Shown: positions 1-10,171 of the stretch, piece after piece
Layout: each line of letters opens with the position of its first letter
How positions within the stretch are numbered: position 1 is the first letter of the stretch
Assembly: GCA_964568425.1 (NCBI GenBank)
Contig: CAZMPO010000011.1
Location: 634-64,633 of the forward strand
Direction of reading: 5' to 3'
DNA from: an uncultured Lachnospiraceae bacterium
GTDB taxonomy: Bacteria; Bacillota; Clostridia; Oscillospirales; CAG-272
DNA: 64,000 bases
Translations under genes and position numbers: made by a program
The notes under the pieces: model-generated
Database searches by the model: none
What the model saw: the letters and a program-made list of their open reading frames with translations, nothing else
What the model was told of the DNA's origin: nothing

Positions 1-1
1 G

Positions 2-928
2 AAGGTTTTTTCGTCTCATGATGTCGGAAACATCATACATCAGGGCGGCACTATGCTCTACTCGGCTCGTTGTGACGAATTTAAGACCGAAGAGGGCATG
101 GCAAAGGCTATCGCCAACTGCGAAAAGTACGAGATCGACGGTATCGTTACCATCGGCGGTGACGGCACATTCAGAGGAGCTACCGACATTTCGCTTCGCG
201 GCATTCCGACGATCGGTCTGCCCGGCACGATCGACAACGACATCACGGCGACCGAGGTATCGATCGGCTACGACACTGCGATGAACACATCTGTCGAGAT
301 GATCGACCGTCTGCGCGACACATGCGAGTCACACGCGCGCTGTGACGTTATTGAGGTCATGGGCAGAAATGCGGGCTACATTGCGCTCAATGTCGGCATC
401 GCTGTCGGTGCGACAGCCGTTTGCATGGTCGAGGCGCCCTTCAAGGAGGAGGACATCATCGAAAAGATGAAGAAGTCCCGTGCTGAGGGCAAGAGAAACT
501 TCCTTGTCGTCGTTTCGGAGGGGCTTGTCGGTTATGCCGAGGGTCTGACGAAGCGTATCGAGGAGCAGACAGGTATCGAGTCGCGTTTTGCACGTCTTGC
601 ACACGTCGTAAGAGGCGGCAGACCCACTCTTGCCGACCGTACGCTTGCATCGATCATGGGTGTTGAGGCGGTCAAGCTTCTTCTCGACGGCAAATCCGAT
701 CTTGTTGTTTGCCAGAGAGACGGAAAGATCTGCACTACCGAGATCAATTACGCACTGAAGCTCGACAAGCTCTTCAAGAGCAAATACGCGGGCTACAAGA
801 AGGAAGACGAAGAAAAGCTGCTTGCAGGATTTACCGACGAGCAGAAAGCTGAAATGAACGAATTCTGCCGCAAAAAGCTCGATGCAATGCTCGAGCGCTA
901 CGCGATCGCGAATGCTATTTCGAAATAA
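2..928 (+). CDS. pfkA: ATP-dependent 6-phosphofructokinase (5' partial, starts before window)
   Basis: GGTMLYSAR, IGGDGTF, LPGTIDND, IEVMGRNAG and HVVRGG motifs of the PfkA family; frame open back to position 2. Confidence 0.95.
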   Translation, partial: KVFSSHDVGNIIHQGGTMLYSARCDEFKTEEGMAKAIANCEKYEIDGIVTIGGDGTFRGATDISLRGIPTIGLPGTIDNDITATEVSIGYDTAMNTSVEMIDRLRDTCESHARCDVIEVMGRNAGYIALNVGIAVGATAVCMVEAPFKEEDIIEKMKKSRAEGKRNFLVVVSEGLVGYAEGLTKRIEEQTGIESRFARLAHVVRGGRPTLADRTLASIMGVEAVKLLLDGKSDLVVCQRDGKICTTEINYALKLDKLFKSKYAGYKKEDEEKLLAGFTDEQKAEMNEFCRKKLDAMLERYAIANAISK

Positions 929-943
929 GGATCTGTGATCTGC

Positions 944-978
944 AAAAATCCACCGCTCAACCGGGCGGTGGATTTTTT
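944..978 (+). terminator. Intrinsic terminator after pfkA
   Basis: AAAAATCCACCGCTC-AACC-GGGCGGTGGATTTTT hairpin with T tract. Confidence 0.85.
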
Positions 979-1047
979 GTTGGATGTGTTTTTTTGCAAA
1001 AAAAGTTGACTTTTGACGCATTGCTTGACATTTATCCAAGAAAATTA

Positions 1048-1076
1048 TTGACAAAATGAAAAATATGTGCTAAAAT
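1048..1076 (+). promoter_or_regulatory. SigA-type promoter for the yifB/comM gene
   Basis: TTGACA-17 nt-TAAAAT with TGn extended -10. Confidence 0.75.
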
Positions 1077-1110
1077 GCAAATACAAGAAAAATGAGCGGA
1101 GGTTTTTATC

Positions 1111-2655
1111 ATGCTTTCAAAGCTGTACGGTGCGGGGCTGTCGGGCGTTGAAGGATACACTGTGACGGTCGAATGCGAGGTCAACGACAAGCTTGACGAT
1201 TTTGAGATAGTCGGACTTCCCGACAATGCCGTCAAGGAGGCAAAAGAGCGTGTACGCGCGGCATCCGAAAACAGCGGCATTCCCTTCCCCGAGACGTCAA
1301 TAGTCGTAAATCTTGCTCCTGCCGATCTGAAAAAGTCGGGCTCGGCACTCGATCTCCCGATACTGACCGCTATCCTTGCCGGGTCGGGGATATTTTCAAA
1401 GACGGTCGATCTGTCAAAGACATGTCTTATTGGCGAGCTCTCGCTTTCGGGCGAGATACGCGGTGTTCGCGGAGTTCTTTGCATGTGCATTGCCGCCGCG
1501 GAGGCGGGAGTTCAGAATATTTATGTTCCGAAATCGAACGTACTCGAGGCGTCGGTAGTTGAGGGCGTCAATGTCTATCCGGTCGAGAGTGTTGCCGAGC
1601 TCGTGAATGCCATAAACAACATCGCACCGATCGAGCCCGTAAAATACGACCGAAGCAGTTTCCGTCCGATGGACAATGATCCGAGACTGCCCGATTTTGT
1701 CGATGTCAAGGGTCAGGAGCAGGTCAGGCGTGCGCTCGAGATCGCCTGTGCGGGCGGTCACAATGTGCTCATGATCGGACCTCCCGGCACGGGCAAAAGC
1801 ATGCTTGCCAAGCGCATTCCGTCGATACTTCCCGCGATGACATACGAGGAGGCGGTCGAAACGACGAAGATACATTCGATCGCGGGCATACTCGGTGCAG
1901 ACGACGCGCTTGTAACAAGGCGGCCGTTCAGATCGCCGCATCACACGATGTCAGCGGCATCTCTTGCTGGCGGAGGCGCGATACCGCGTCCGGGCGAGCT
2001 GTCGCTTGCCGACAACGGTGTGCTTTTTCTTGACGAGCTGCCCGAATTTAACAAGCAGGTGACCGAAACGCTCCGTCAGCCGCTCGAGGACGGCGAGATC
2101 ACCATCACCCGTGCGGCGGGAAGATGTCGTTTTCCCTGCCACATCATGCTCGTTTGTGCGATGAATCCGTGCAGATGCGGCAATTTCGGGCATCCGACGC
2201 GTCAGTGTACCTGCAAGGCTACCGACATTCGCAAATACATGTCAAAGATCAGCGGACCTCTTCTCGATCGCATTGACATTCAAATAGAAGTTCCGCCGAT
2301 CTCTTTTGATCAAATGTCTGACACGACATCGCCCGAGCCTTCCGCGCCGATCAGGGAGCGTGTCAACGCGGCACGCGAATTTGCCGCCGCGCGGTTTGGC
2401 GACGATGCGGGCGGTGTCCGCTGCAACAGCGGCATGACGCCCGGGATGATCAGAAAATACTGCATTATGGACAGTGACGCGTCCGAGCTGCTCAGAGAGG
2501 CTTACGAAAGTCTCGGTCTTTCGGCACGCGGTCACGACAGAGTTCTTCGTGTCGCGCGCACTATCGCAGATCTGGCAAGATCCGAGACGATCGGTGCGGA
2601 GCACATTGCCGAGGCGATACAGCTACGTTCACTTGACAGAAAATACTGGGAATAA
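1111..2655 (+). CDS. comM: YifB/ComM family Mg-chelatase-like AAA+ ATPase
   Basis: N-terminal [31 protein letters not shown], Walker [34 protein letters not shown]. Confidence 0.9.
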   Translation: MLSKLYGAGLSGVEGYTVTVECEVNDKLDDFEIVGLPDNAVKEAKERVRAASENSGIPFPETSIVVNLAPADLKKSGSALDLPILTAILAGSGIFSKTVDLSKTCLIGELSLSGEIRGVRGVLCMCIAAAEAGVQNIYVPKSNVLEASVVEGVNVYPVESVAELVNAINNIAPIEPVKYDRSSFRPMDNDPRLPDFVDVKGQEQVRRALEIACAGGHNVLMIGPPGTGKSMLAKRIPSILPAMTYEEAVETTKIHSIAGILGADDALVTRRPFRSPHHTMSAASLAGGGAIPRPGELSLADNGVLFLDELPEFNKQVTETLRQPLEDGEITITRAAGRCRFPCHIMLVCAMNPCRCGNFGHPTRQCTCKATDIRKYMSKISGPLLDRIDIQIEVPPISFDQMSDTTSPEPSAPIRERVNAAREFAAARFGDDAGGVRCNSGMTPGMIRKYCIMDSDASELLREAYESLGLSARGHDRVLRVARTIADLARSETIGAEHIAEAIQLRSLDRKYWE

Positions 2656-2687
2656 CATAAAACCACATCGAAAGGAAAGCAAATAAG

Positions 2688-3695
2688 ATGAAAAAATATC
2701 TTCTTCCCGAAAAAGGACAATTTTACAAGGCAAACATGCATATGCACACGACCGTGTCCGACGGCAAATTCACGCCGCAGGAGACGAAAGAGGCATACAT
2801 GGCAGAGGGCTACTCGATCATCGCGTTCACCGATCACGAGACTCTGATGCCGCACAACGATCTCCGTGATGAGAACTTTTTGCCGATCACCTCGCACGAG
2901 ATCTCAGTCAACGAGCCGGGACAGTCGTCATACGAATACATACGCACATACCATCTGAATCTCTATTCGAGAGACCCCAACGAATCGAGACCGCCTTTCT
3001 TCAATCTGAACTATGCTTGGAAAAAGGATGATGACAGAACTTTCGAGTCGGAGAGGATATACTCGGACAAGGGCATAAATCATCTGATCAAGGTCGCCAA
3101 AGAGCACGGATACATTGTCTGCATGAATCATTTCAGCTGGTCGCTCCAGAATTACACCGATTACATCGGACTTGAAGGACTTTGGGGAGCGGAATGCTAC
3201 AACACGGGATGCGCCGTTGAAGGATATCACCGCGACAACAGCATAGATGTTGTTGACGATATGCTCCACGCAGGCAAGCAGGTCTTCCCTGTTGCCGCAG
3301 ACGATTCCCACAAAGAGATCGATCGTTTTGGCGGTTACATCATGATCAAGGCAGAGTCACTTGACTACGACACGATATTTGCCGCACTTGAGAGAGGCGA
3401 TTTTTACGCATCGACAGGTCCCGAGATCGACGAGCTTTATCTCGAGGACGGAATACTCAAGATAAAATCAAGCGGCGCAAAGGAGATATGCGTCAACACC
3501 GAAAGGCGTGTTGCCTGGAGGAAGTGCGCCGAGGGCAGCGAGACGCTCGGCGATGTCGAGTTTGACATGAGCAGATATTTAAGCAATTCGGACACGAGCA
3601 TAAAGGGTCCCGGGCGTCCGTTCTTCAGAGTAACGCTGATCGCTCCCGACGGAAAGATGGCATATTCGCGCGGATATTTCCTCGACGAGCTCTGA
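2688..3695 (+). CDS. PHP-domain metal-dependent phosphohydrolase
   Basis: NMHMHTTVSDG, FTDHE, MNH and AADDSH PHP motifs. Confidence 0.8.
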   Translation: MKKYLLPEKGQFYKANMHMHTTVSDGKFTPQETKEAYMAEGYSIIAFTDHETLMPHNDLRDENFLPITSHEISVNEPGQSSYEYIRTYHLNLYSRDPNESRPPFFNLNYAWKKDDDRTFESERIYSDKGINHLIKVAKEHGYIVCMNHFSWSLQNYTDYIGLEGLWGAECYNTGCAVEGYHRDNSIDVVDDMLHAGKQVFPVAADDSHKEIDRFGGYIMIKAESLDYDTIFAALERGDFYASTGPEIDELYLEDGILKIKSSGAKEICVNTERRVAWRKCAEGSETLGDVEFDMSRYLSNSDTSIKGPGRPFFRVTLIAPDGKMAYSRGYFLDEL

Positions 3696-3720
3696 TACAT
3701 CAAATACACAACATGAAAAT

Positions 3721-3747
3721 GCGGGGCAGGTGTCTTACCTGTCCCGC
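3721..3747. terminator. Hairpin between convergent PHP and rsmF-like genes
   Basis: GCGGGGCAGG-7 nt-CCTGTCCCGC stem. Confidence 0.65.
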
Positions 3748-5111
3748 AGTCCTTTCGGATAATGGTTTTTTGCGATGCCCGAGCTTACCTTGACTCCTCC
3801 GAGAGTCGCGCCGCCGTAGGTCACGACACCGTATCCCGAAAATGCATCGCATCCGATCTCGACGCCGCTTATATATTTTCTCGCGGTATCGATATCGACC
3901 TCGAATTTGTTGTCGAAATATCTCCCGTACGCCATGAAAAATCTGTGATGCGGCACGAGCCTTCCCTTTCTGATCTCGCCGAGCTTGACCCCGGGAGAGA
4001 GCACGCCCGATCTTGGAAGGATCGCCGACCGGCTCACGATATAGACACCGTCTTTTTTGGAGCAAAGGCAGAGCTTTGACACGAGACCAGGGTCGAGCAC
4101 CGAGAGAAGAAATTCACGCGCGCACGCCTCGTCGCCCGAGGAAAGGGTCGGCAGATCCGCGCATGCACCGTCCGACCGATGATCGGATCGAGGTAAATCT
4201 TTGCGAAAAAGGGCGGCAAACTGACCTTCACCGATGTTTTTATGAGGATATACGCGGCGACAAAATGACATATCGCGTCCGTTATACGATATCCCGTCCG
4301 AGCTTGCCGAAATTACGCTTTCGGGCGGTGTAACAGGTACAAATTCGGGGTGAGTTTTCAGAAAATGATCGACATTTGCCTCGTTTTCTTCAACCGAAAA
4401 GGTACATGTTGAGTAGAGCAGATAGCCGCCGTCGGCAACCGTTTTCGCGGCGCACTCAAGTATCCCGCGCTGTTTGTCCGCGCACATTATAACATTTTCC
4501 GCAGACCACTCGGACAGGGCGTTTTGATTTTTGCGAAACATGCCCTCGCCCGAGCATGGAGCGTCAACAATGGCAAGATCAAAGCATCCCTCGCAGTCGC
4601 GTGCCAAAACATCGGACGGCAAATTTGTGACCGCCGCATCGGCGATCCCGAGACGCTCGATATTCTCGGCAAGGGTCAGGGCACGCTTTGGCACATACTC
4701 ATTCGAGAGCAAAAATCCGCAACGACCCTCAAAGAGATTTGCCGCCTGCGAGCTTTTTCCTCCGGGGCTTGCGCAGAGATCAAGCACTCGCAGATCTTCA
4801 AGCGAGCAGAGATCGGTCGCATTGAGCATAGCCACGGGAAGCATCGCGGATGGTTCTTGGACGTAGATCGTTCCCGAGTGATGAAGCGGATGCGCGCCTA
4901 TTCTGTCGCACTCGAACACGAACGACTCGCGTGAGATCGTGAGCGGCTGAAGCTTAAAATCAGCGACATCGAGCAGTTTGTCGACCGTCATTTTATGCAA
5001 ATTCACATGAAGTCCGCGTGTCGGAGACTGATCATATGCGGCGACAAAATCTCCGTACTCACCATCCAGCAGTGTCTTCATGCGTTGTTCAAATTCTATC
5101 GGAAATGTCAT
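3735..5111 (-). CDS. RsmF/RsmB-NOP family 16S rRNA m5C methyltransferase
   Basis: YVQEPSAM, LDLCASPGGKS, VDAPCSGEG, YSTCTF motifs; ATG at 5111 preferred over the GTG at 5132. Confidence 0.9.
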   Translation of the reverse strand: MTFPIEFEQRMKTLLDGEYGDFVAAYDQSPTRGLHVNLHKMTVDKLLDVADFKLQPLTISRESFVFECDRIGAHPLHHSGTIYVQEPSAMLPVAMLNATDLCSLEDLRVLDLCASPGGKSSQAANLFEGRCGFLLSNEYVPKRALTLAENIERLGIADAAVTNLPSDVLARDCEGCFDLAIVDAPCSGEGMFRKNQNALSEWSAENVIMCADKQRGILECAAKTVADGGYLLYSTCTFSVEENEANVDHFLKTHPEFVPVTPPESVISASSDGISYNGRDMSFCRRVYPHKNIGEGQFAALFRKDLPRSDHRSDGACADLPTLSSGDEACAREFLLSVLDPGLVSKLCLCSKKDGVYIVSRSAILPRSGVLSPGVKLGEIRKGRLVPHHRFFMAYGRYFDNKFEVDIDTARKYISGVEIGCDAFSGYGVVTYGGATLGGVKVSSGIAKNHYPKGLRDR

Positions 5112-5115
5112 TGTC

Positions 5116-5664
5116 TTATTTCTTTTCCACAAGGAAGAAAAAGGGTGATGACGGCGAATTTATTATTTTCAGACAGCTGATCGTGAACTGAAATCTCGAA
5201 TAATCGGAGAGCATCTCGGTGACCATTTTGCCCTCAACCTCGCCCTCGGGATGACCGGGATAAACGGCAATGAGAAGTCCGCCGCCGTGTTCGAGCAGTT
5301 CGATGGCGGTCTTTATCGCCGGGAGAGTGGTCTCGTGCAGAGTTGTGATCGATTTATCGCCGCCCGGAAGCCATCCGAGGTTGAACATACCGACGCATAT
5401 CGGCTCTTTGACATAGTCACCGGCAAGATGATGCGATGCCTTGATCAGCGTGACATTGCCGACACCGTTTTCCTCGAGCAATTTTGCGGTCGAGTCAAGA
5501 GCCTGCTGTTGTATGTCAAATGCATAAACATGTCCGTCCTCTCCGACAGCCCTCGAGAGCCAGAGCGTGTCGTGTCCGTTGCCCATCGTAAAATCGACTG
5601 CAGTCCCGCCCTTTTTTATGTGACGGGATATAAATTCCTTTTCGGTAGTTAAAAGATCGAGCAT
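5116..5664 (-). CDS. mnmM: YtqB/MnmM-like tRNA (mnm5s2U34) methyltransferase (PF06962-type)
   Basis: VDFTMGNGHDT, GHVYAFDIQ, FNLGWLPGGDKSITT, VYPGHPEG closely resemble B. subtilis YtqB as I recall it. Confidence 0.75.
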   Translation of the reverse strand: MLDLLTTEKEFISRHIKKGGTAVDFTMGNGHDTLWLSRAVGEDGHVYAFDIQQQALDSTAKLLEENGVGNVTLIKASHHLAGDYVKEPICVGMFNLGWLPGGDKSITTLHETTLPAIKTAIELLEHGGGLLIAVYPGHPEGEVEGKMVTEMLSDYSRFQFTISCLKIINSPSSPFFFLVEKK

Positions 5665-5695
5665 TAAAGCAGATCCTCCTTAATTGTTTTTATAT

Positions 5696-5733
5696 TTTTT
5701 ATGATCGTTACTTTCGCGAAATATCTTTTCCTA
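5696..5733 (-). repeat. Degenerate fourth copy of the 45-nt leader element, at the downstream end of the RM cassette
   Basis: Minus strand TAGGAAAAGATATTTCGCGAAAGTAACGATCATAAAAA; 20-bp core 5696-5715 matches 8647-8666 at 18/20. Confidence 0.7.
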
Positions 5734-6708
5734 TCTCAAATCGTATCGTGCAAGACCTTCGCGATTTACCACCTCGTAAATTCGTTCCGCAATCCTTCCA
5801 ACAACCGGTACGCAAACAGAATTTCCAATCTGCTTATAAGCATCGTCAATCGTAATGGTATTGGGAAAATAAAAATCTTGAGGAAATCCTTGAAAATCCA
5901 AGCACTCTCGAAGAGTTAACTTTCTAATTCCGAAATCATCAACAACCAACGGAACTTGATTTCGCATTATCCCCATCGAGGCTGTCAAAGTAGGGCACAT
6001 TTGATTTTGCGTTCTTTTTATGCTGTCGTGGTATACACGATATATTGAATCGTGTCTTTTGACGATTTGAGATGCTTGTTTATAAAATTCATAGTCCGGA
6101 GTATAGTAGTAGATATCATGTTTTCTTTGAGATCTTAACAATATATTCTCTATAGAAAAATTCAGCTCCATTTTCTTCGGGAACTCGAACCTATCACAAT
6201 CTTCCTGATCACGAAAAGCAACAATATAGATACGATCCCTAATTTGAGGAACTCCTCCGTACTCAGATGCTCGCAAAACACGGTATCTGATTGAATAGTC
6301 CAAATCAGATAGAACATCATGCACAACAAGAAATGTTTTTCCTTCGTTATGCTCCATCAAATTGGGAACATTCTCAAGAAATACAAATCTGGGTCTATAA
6401 GCCTTGATGAATCTGCCAACTTCATAAAAAAGGTGTCCTCGCTCATCATCAAATCCGCGTTGCTTTCCGGCTATGGAAAATGGCTGGCAAGGAAACCCTG
6501 CCGTTATTATATCTACACGATTCAATGCAGACGGAGCAACATTCCTAATGTCCGTTTCAATCAAATCAACATTTTTAAAATTGTATCGGTATGTCCGACA
6601 ACATGCGGCATCTTTTTCAATAGCCCATGCAACCTTATAACCTGATTGTTGAAACGCAATGTCTATGCCGCCTATTCCTGAGAATAAGCTACCAACTGTC
6701 AATTCCAT
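5731..6708 (-). CDS. DNA (cytosine-5) methyltransferase, specificity unknown
   Basis: FSGIGG (motif I), GFPCQPFS (IV), FLENV (VI), QIRDRIY (VIII), RKLTLRECLDFQGFP (IX), YKQIGNSV (X); ATG 6708 overlaps the REase stop. Confidence 0.9.
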   Translation of the reverse strand: MELTVGSLFSGIGGIDIAFQQSGYKVAWAIEKDAACCRTYRYNFKNVDLIETDIRNVAPSALNRVDIITAGFPCQPFSIAGKQRGFDDERGHLFYEVGRFIKAYRPRFVFLENVPNLMEHNEGKTFLVVHDVLSDLDYSIRYRVLRASEYGGVPQIRDRIYIVAFRDQEDCDRFEFPKKMELNFSIENILLRSQRKHDIYYYTPDYEFYKQASQIVKRHDSIYRVYHDSIKRTQNQMCPTLTASMGIMRNQVPLVVDDFGIRKLTLRECLDFQGFPQDFYFPNTITIDDAYKQIGNSVCVPVVGRIAERIYEVVNREGLARYDLR

Positions 6709-7652
6709 GAACAATTGATCGAAATGATGGAAGCAGGCATGCCGATAATTTGAATATCAAACTTTAAGCTCGACTCAACGTAGGTTGAAGCATTATGAAT
6801 ACGGAAGCTAAATTGCCAACCACCATCCATATACAATTCAACAGTATTGTCACTACCGGGCTTGAAATCAAAGCTAACAATACGGGTAGGCAACGAAGAA
6901 ACAGGTACTATAATCTTCGGTTGCTCTTTGTTGCTTACTCGATTCAATGTTCCTCGGAGATTGTATGTTTGAATCTGTGTAATATTTTTATTGTCTATGC
7001 TTATGACTTTGTAAAAATCAAATTGACCAAGTAAGTACTCCACCATTTTCTTTGGAATGTCATCGTTTTCAGCATTGGCTTTTTTGATTTCATTCACAAA
7101 CGCATTCAAAAGAGGAATGTATATATCTTCTGCTTTGGACGGAAGTTCACTCCATTTCCTATTTGACTGCTTTTCCTGATCAATGTAAGCAAAAATAGGT
7201 CTTATTTCATCCCAATAATTTTGAGAGCAAGGAACACCAAACCATCTATCTCCAAAATCAAGGTTCTTGCCCAAACGACTGTGCTTCACAGCAAAGTGAT
7301 TATGTTTGATGCTCAGCCCAATCTCCCATCTAACATCTTTACGAACAACAATAATATCTCTTACATCTCCAACTTCACCCTTTGTATCAGGCTGGATATA
7401 AAGCTGTAAAGTATCCTTATCTTTTTCAACAATCATAGGCTCCATGTCGAAAAGCGTTGCAACGGCTGCTTTAGCACTAATTGTCAGCACTTCACGTATT
7501 TTATCATCTACAGAGGACCATGCACGTTCCGCTGCGTGCAGACTGCTGTTTTCAACAATCTCAGCAGATCTGATCTTGTTAATTTCTCCAAACAAGGTTT
7601 GAAGACAAATATATTCGTAAGCTCTCCCTTTATCGTTACTTTGGTTACTCAT
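6699..7652 (-). CDS. HaeIII-family type II restriction endonuclease (predicted GGCC)
   Basis: N-terminal [16 protein letters not shown]...[18 protein letters not shown] and FRIHNAS resemble the RE_HaeIII family; coupled to a HaeIII-like MTase. Confidence 0.8.
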   Translation of the reverse strand: MSNQSNDKGRAYEYICLQTLFGEINKIRSAEIVENSSLHAAERAWSSVDDKIREVLTISAKAAVATLFDMEPMIVEKDKDTLQLYIQPDTKGEVGDVRDIIVVRKDVRWEIGLSIKHNHFAVKHSRLGKNLDFGDRWFGVPCSQNYWDEIRPIFAYIDQEKQSNRKWSELPSKAEDIYIPLLNAFVNEIKKANAENDDIPKKMVEYLLGQFDFYKVISIDNKNITQIQTYNLRGTLNRVSNKEQPKIIVPVSSLPTRIVSFDFKPGSDNTVELYMDGGWQFSFRIHNASTYVESSLKFDIQIIGMPASIISINCSWN

Positions 7653-8647
7653 TTGTTTTCCTCAAATACAGCTTTTATTGCAAGTGCAATTTCATATGCC
7701 AAATTTACAGGCACAGCATTTCCTATCATTTTGTACGCATCATCGGCATTGGTATAAATAAACTTAAAGTCATCGGGAAACCCTTGAACTCTTGCAACCT
7801 CTCTCACAGTCATTCGTCTGTACAAGTGTTCCTGTCCTTCTACAAATCTACAATCGTTATGACCCACCTTAACCATTTTAGGTGCTTGCGGATGTAACTG
7901 ACATTGACGTCCCGATGCCTGAACAGTAAAAGCCTGTTCATTCCAAGACTTAACTCTATTTCGACTCATAAATATCGGTGAATAAGAACCTGTAAAATAT
8001 TCATTGTTGTTAATTGCTTTTGGATTATGTGTATTACGATCTAATGTTGGAACAGCAGTGTCTTTGAGATCCCATATAATATCTCTCAAAGTAATTTTCT
8101 TGTTGTCATCCTCTGTCGATCCCTTCGGAAATTGAAAATCTATATTCAAATCTTTTCTAAATCCAATATAGAAAACTCGCTTTCTTTCTTGTGCTACGCC
8201 GTAATCTTTTGCATTTACCAATGTAATTGAAACATTATAACCACTTTCTTCAAACATGGATACTATATTTTTTACCGCTTCCGAATGTCTGTTAGATAAC
8301 ATTCCACTTACATTTTCGGCAAGAAAAAACTTTGGTTGCTTATCTTTCAGAATTCTGATGTATTCAAAGAAGAGTTGTCCTCGTGCATCATTAATTCCTC
8401 TTAAAGATCCGGCCTCGGACCAACTTTGACAGGGTGGTCCACCTATAATACCATCAATATCATTGGGAAAATATTTTTCTTGAATATTCCGTATATCCCC
8501 CTTAATAAGTTTAGTATGAGGATGATTTATTTCAAAAGTTTCCCATATAGTTTTATCGAATTCGTTAGCAACAGATATCGTAAAACCGGCCTTTTCGAAT
8601 CCCAGATCTAGTCCACCGCAGCCGCTAAATAAGCTTATAATTTTCAT
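7649..8647 (-). CDS. M.HaeIII-like DNA cytosine-5 methyltransferase (predicted GGCC)
   Basis: [27 protein letters not shown]; target-recognition region [34 protein letters not shown] matches M.HaeIII as I recall it; start likely ATG 8647 (alternative 8659). Confidence 0.9.
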   Translation of the reverse strand: MKIISLFSGCGGLDLGFEKAGFTISVANEFDKTIWETFEINHPHTKLIKGDIRNIQEKYFPNDIDGIIGGPPCQSWSEAGSLRGINDARGQLFFEYIRILKDKQPKFFLAENVSGMLSNRHSEAVKNIVSMFEESGYNVSITLVNAKDYGVAQERKRVFYIGFRKDLNIDFQFPKGSTEDDNKKITLRDIIWDLKDTAVPTLDRNTHNPKAINNNEYFTGSYSPIFMSRNRVKSWNEQAFTVQASGRQCQLHPQAPKMVKVGHNDCRFVEGQEHLYRRMTVREVARVQGFPDDFKFIYTNADDAYKMIGNAVPVNLAYEIALAIKAVFEENK

Positions 8648-8692
8648 TTTTATGATCATTGCTTTCACTTTGGCGAAAGCTTCCTTTCCTTG
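8645..8692 (-). promoter_or_regulatory. 45-nt hairpin-containing leader element, copy 1 (RM MTase)
   Basis: CAAGGAAAGGAA-GCTTTCGC-CAAA-GTGAAAGC-AATGATCATAAAA-ATG. Confidence 0.8.
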
Positions 8693-8784
8693 GGAATCGA
8701 GACTGCTCTTACAGAGAAAAAGCTCTGCAAAAGCAAAAAAGTAAAAAGGCAAGTGTGAACACTCATTTTCGGACAAATCTTACG

Positions 8785-10170
8785 TCATTTCCCGACGCAG
8801 AATCGATGGAATATGGCATCGACTATATCGGCAGATACGGCTCTTCCGTCTGTCTGACCTACTGCCTCCATCGCTTTTTCGATATCAAGTCCTGCGACAT
8901 CGGGGGTGAACCCGCCGTCAAGGGCGGATATTGCGTCATTGACAGACGAAAGTGCCAGAGTGATCGACGCGTATTGACGTGCGTTTGCTATCACTGCCTC
9001 GTTATCATAATCGACAAGTCCGGTCGCGAAAAGCTCGGCTACGGCGAACGAAAGCTCGTCAAAGCCCTCTCCGCTCAGAGCGGATACGGTGAGCACCTTA
9101 TCAAAATCAAGCTTTGATATCTCATCGGTGCAAAGAGCCTCTCCGAGATCGGATTTATTTACAAGTGCGATCTTCGGACAATTTTTGTCCTTCAGTGCCG
9201 AAACAAGTTCAATATCGTCATCTGTCAGTTTGGAACTTCCGTCGAAAACGGCAAGCACGAGATCGGCGGACGAAAGTGCCTCAAGCGATCTCTTGACGCC
9301 TATCTGCTCTATCTCGTCCTCACTCTCACGCACACCTGCGGTATCGGTAAGTCGAATGAGCAGTCGGCCGAGGGTTATGCTCTCCTCGATTGTATCGCGT
9401 GTCGTCCCCGCAACAGAGCTTACTATTGCACGGTCTGTTCCGAGCAGGCGGTTTAAGACCGATGATTTACCCGTATTGGGTCTGCCGACAAGCACTGCCG
9501 ATATTCCCTCTCTGACAAGTCTTGCGCTCTCATATCCGCCCGAAAGCTTATTCAGCTTTTCTTTTATCTCGACAAGCGAGTCACGCATCTGCTCGGGGGT
9601 AACATCCGAGAGGTCCTCGTCGGGGTAATCGGCATAAACATACGCCGCGCTTACAAGATCTCGAAGGCTCTCATAGATCTCCGAAAGGCGTGTAGACAGC
9701 CGCCCCGAGACCTGTGAGCGTGCGAGCGATATCTGATCGTCGGTCTTTGCGTCTATGAGATCGATAACAGCCTCGGCTTCGGTGAGTGTCAATTTTCCGG
9801 ACAAAAAGGCACGCCTTGTGAACTCGCCCGCACTCGCCGCGCGTGCTCCCGACGCGAGAGCGGCGGCAAGCACCTTTTCGGCAAGCAGTATGCCTCCGTG
9901 GCAGGATATCTCGACGGTATCCTCTCCGGTATAAGATGAGGGAGCACGGAAGGTCGTGGCGATGCCGTCATCTATGATCTGTCCGTCTGCGATAATTTGA
10001 CCGTAGACAGCGGTTCTCGGCGAAATATCGGTGAGCCCTTTCCCCGAGGCAGGCAAAAACATTGATGACGCAACGGCAAATGCCTCGATGCCGGAGATGC
10101 GTATAACGGCAACTCCCCCTCTGCCGTACGGGGTGGATATTGCGGCGATCGTATCTAACATTTCGATCAT
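8785..10170 (-). CDS. mnmE: tRNA modification GTPase MnmE (TrmE)
   Basis: DTIAAISTP.G.GGVAVIRISG, GEFTRRAF, GRPNTGKSS, GTTRD, DTAG, NKSD, C-terminal FCVGK. Confidence 0.97.
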   Translation of the reverse strand: MIEMLDTIAAISTPYGRGGVAVIRISGIEAFAVASSMFLPASGKGLTDISPRTAVYGQIIADGQIIDDGIATTFRAPSSYTGEDTVEISCHGGILLAEKVLAAALASGARAASAGEFTRRAFLSGKLTLTEAEAVIDLIDAKTDDQISLARSQVSGRLSTRLSEIYESLRDLVSAAYVYADYPDEDLSDVTPEQMRDSLVEIKEKLNKLSGGYESARLVREGISAVLVGRPNTGKSSVLNRLLGTDRAIVSSVAGTTRDTIEESITLGRLLIRLTDTAGVRESEDEIEQIGVKRSLEALSSADLVLAVFDGSSKLTDDDIELVSALKDKNCPKIALVNKSDLGEALCTDEISKLDFDKVLTVSALSGEGFDELSFAVAELFATGLVDYDNEAVIANARQYASITLALSSVNDAISALDGGFTPDVAGLDIEKAMEAVGQTDGRAVSADIVDAIFHRFCVGK

Positions 10171-10171
10171 A

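Larger units (their letters stand above)
5716..8646 (-). mobile_element. AT-rich restriction-modification cassette (no integrase or transposase seen)
   Basis: Visibly lower GC than the flanks (a sampled 60-nt line was ~33% GC); three overlapping genes; bounded by imperfect direct repeats; separates mnmE from mnmM. Confidence 0.75.

Noticed and set aside
8645-8692. Kink-turn interpretation of the leader element
   Set aside because: Only the MTase copy approximates the 3-nt bulge plus GA/AG pattern (with A-A at 2b-2n); the topA and queH copies do not fit.
5696-8692. Integron attC/attI identity of the cassette-flanking repeats
   Set aside because: No RYYYAAC...GTTRRRY boxes and no intI-like tyrosine recombinase in the window.
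8700-8708. 9-bp match (AGACTGCTC) between DNA upstream of the RM cassette and the tRNA-adjacent palindrome arm
   Set aside because: Too short to distinguish from chance in 64 kb.
8648-8776. N-terminal extension of the HaeIII-like MTase in the ORF track (likewise 15206 for infC, 31082 for yqeK, 62718 for queH)
   Set aside because: Family homology and SD placement start downstream; the extensions run through intergenic or leader DNA or overlap nadD.
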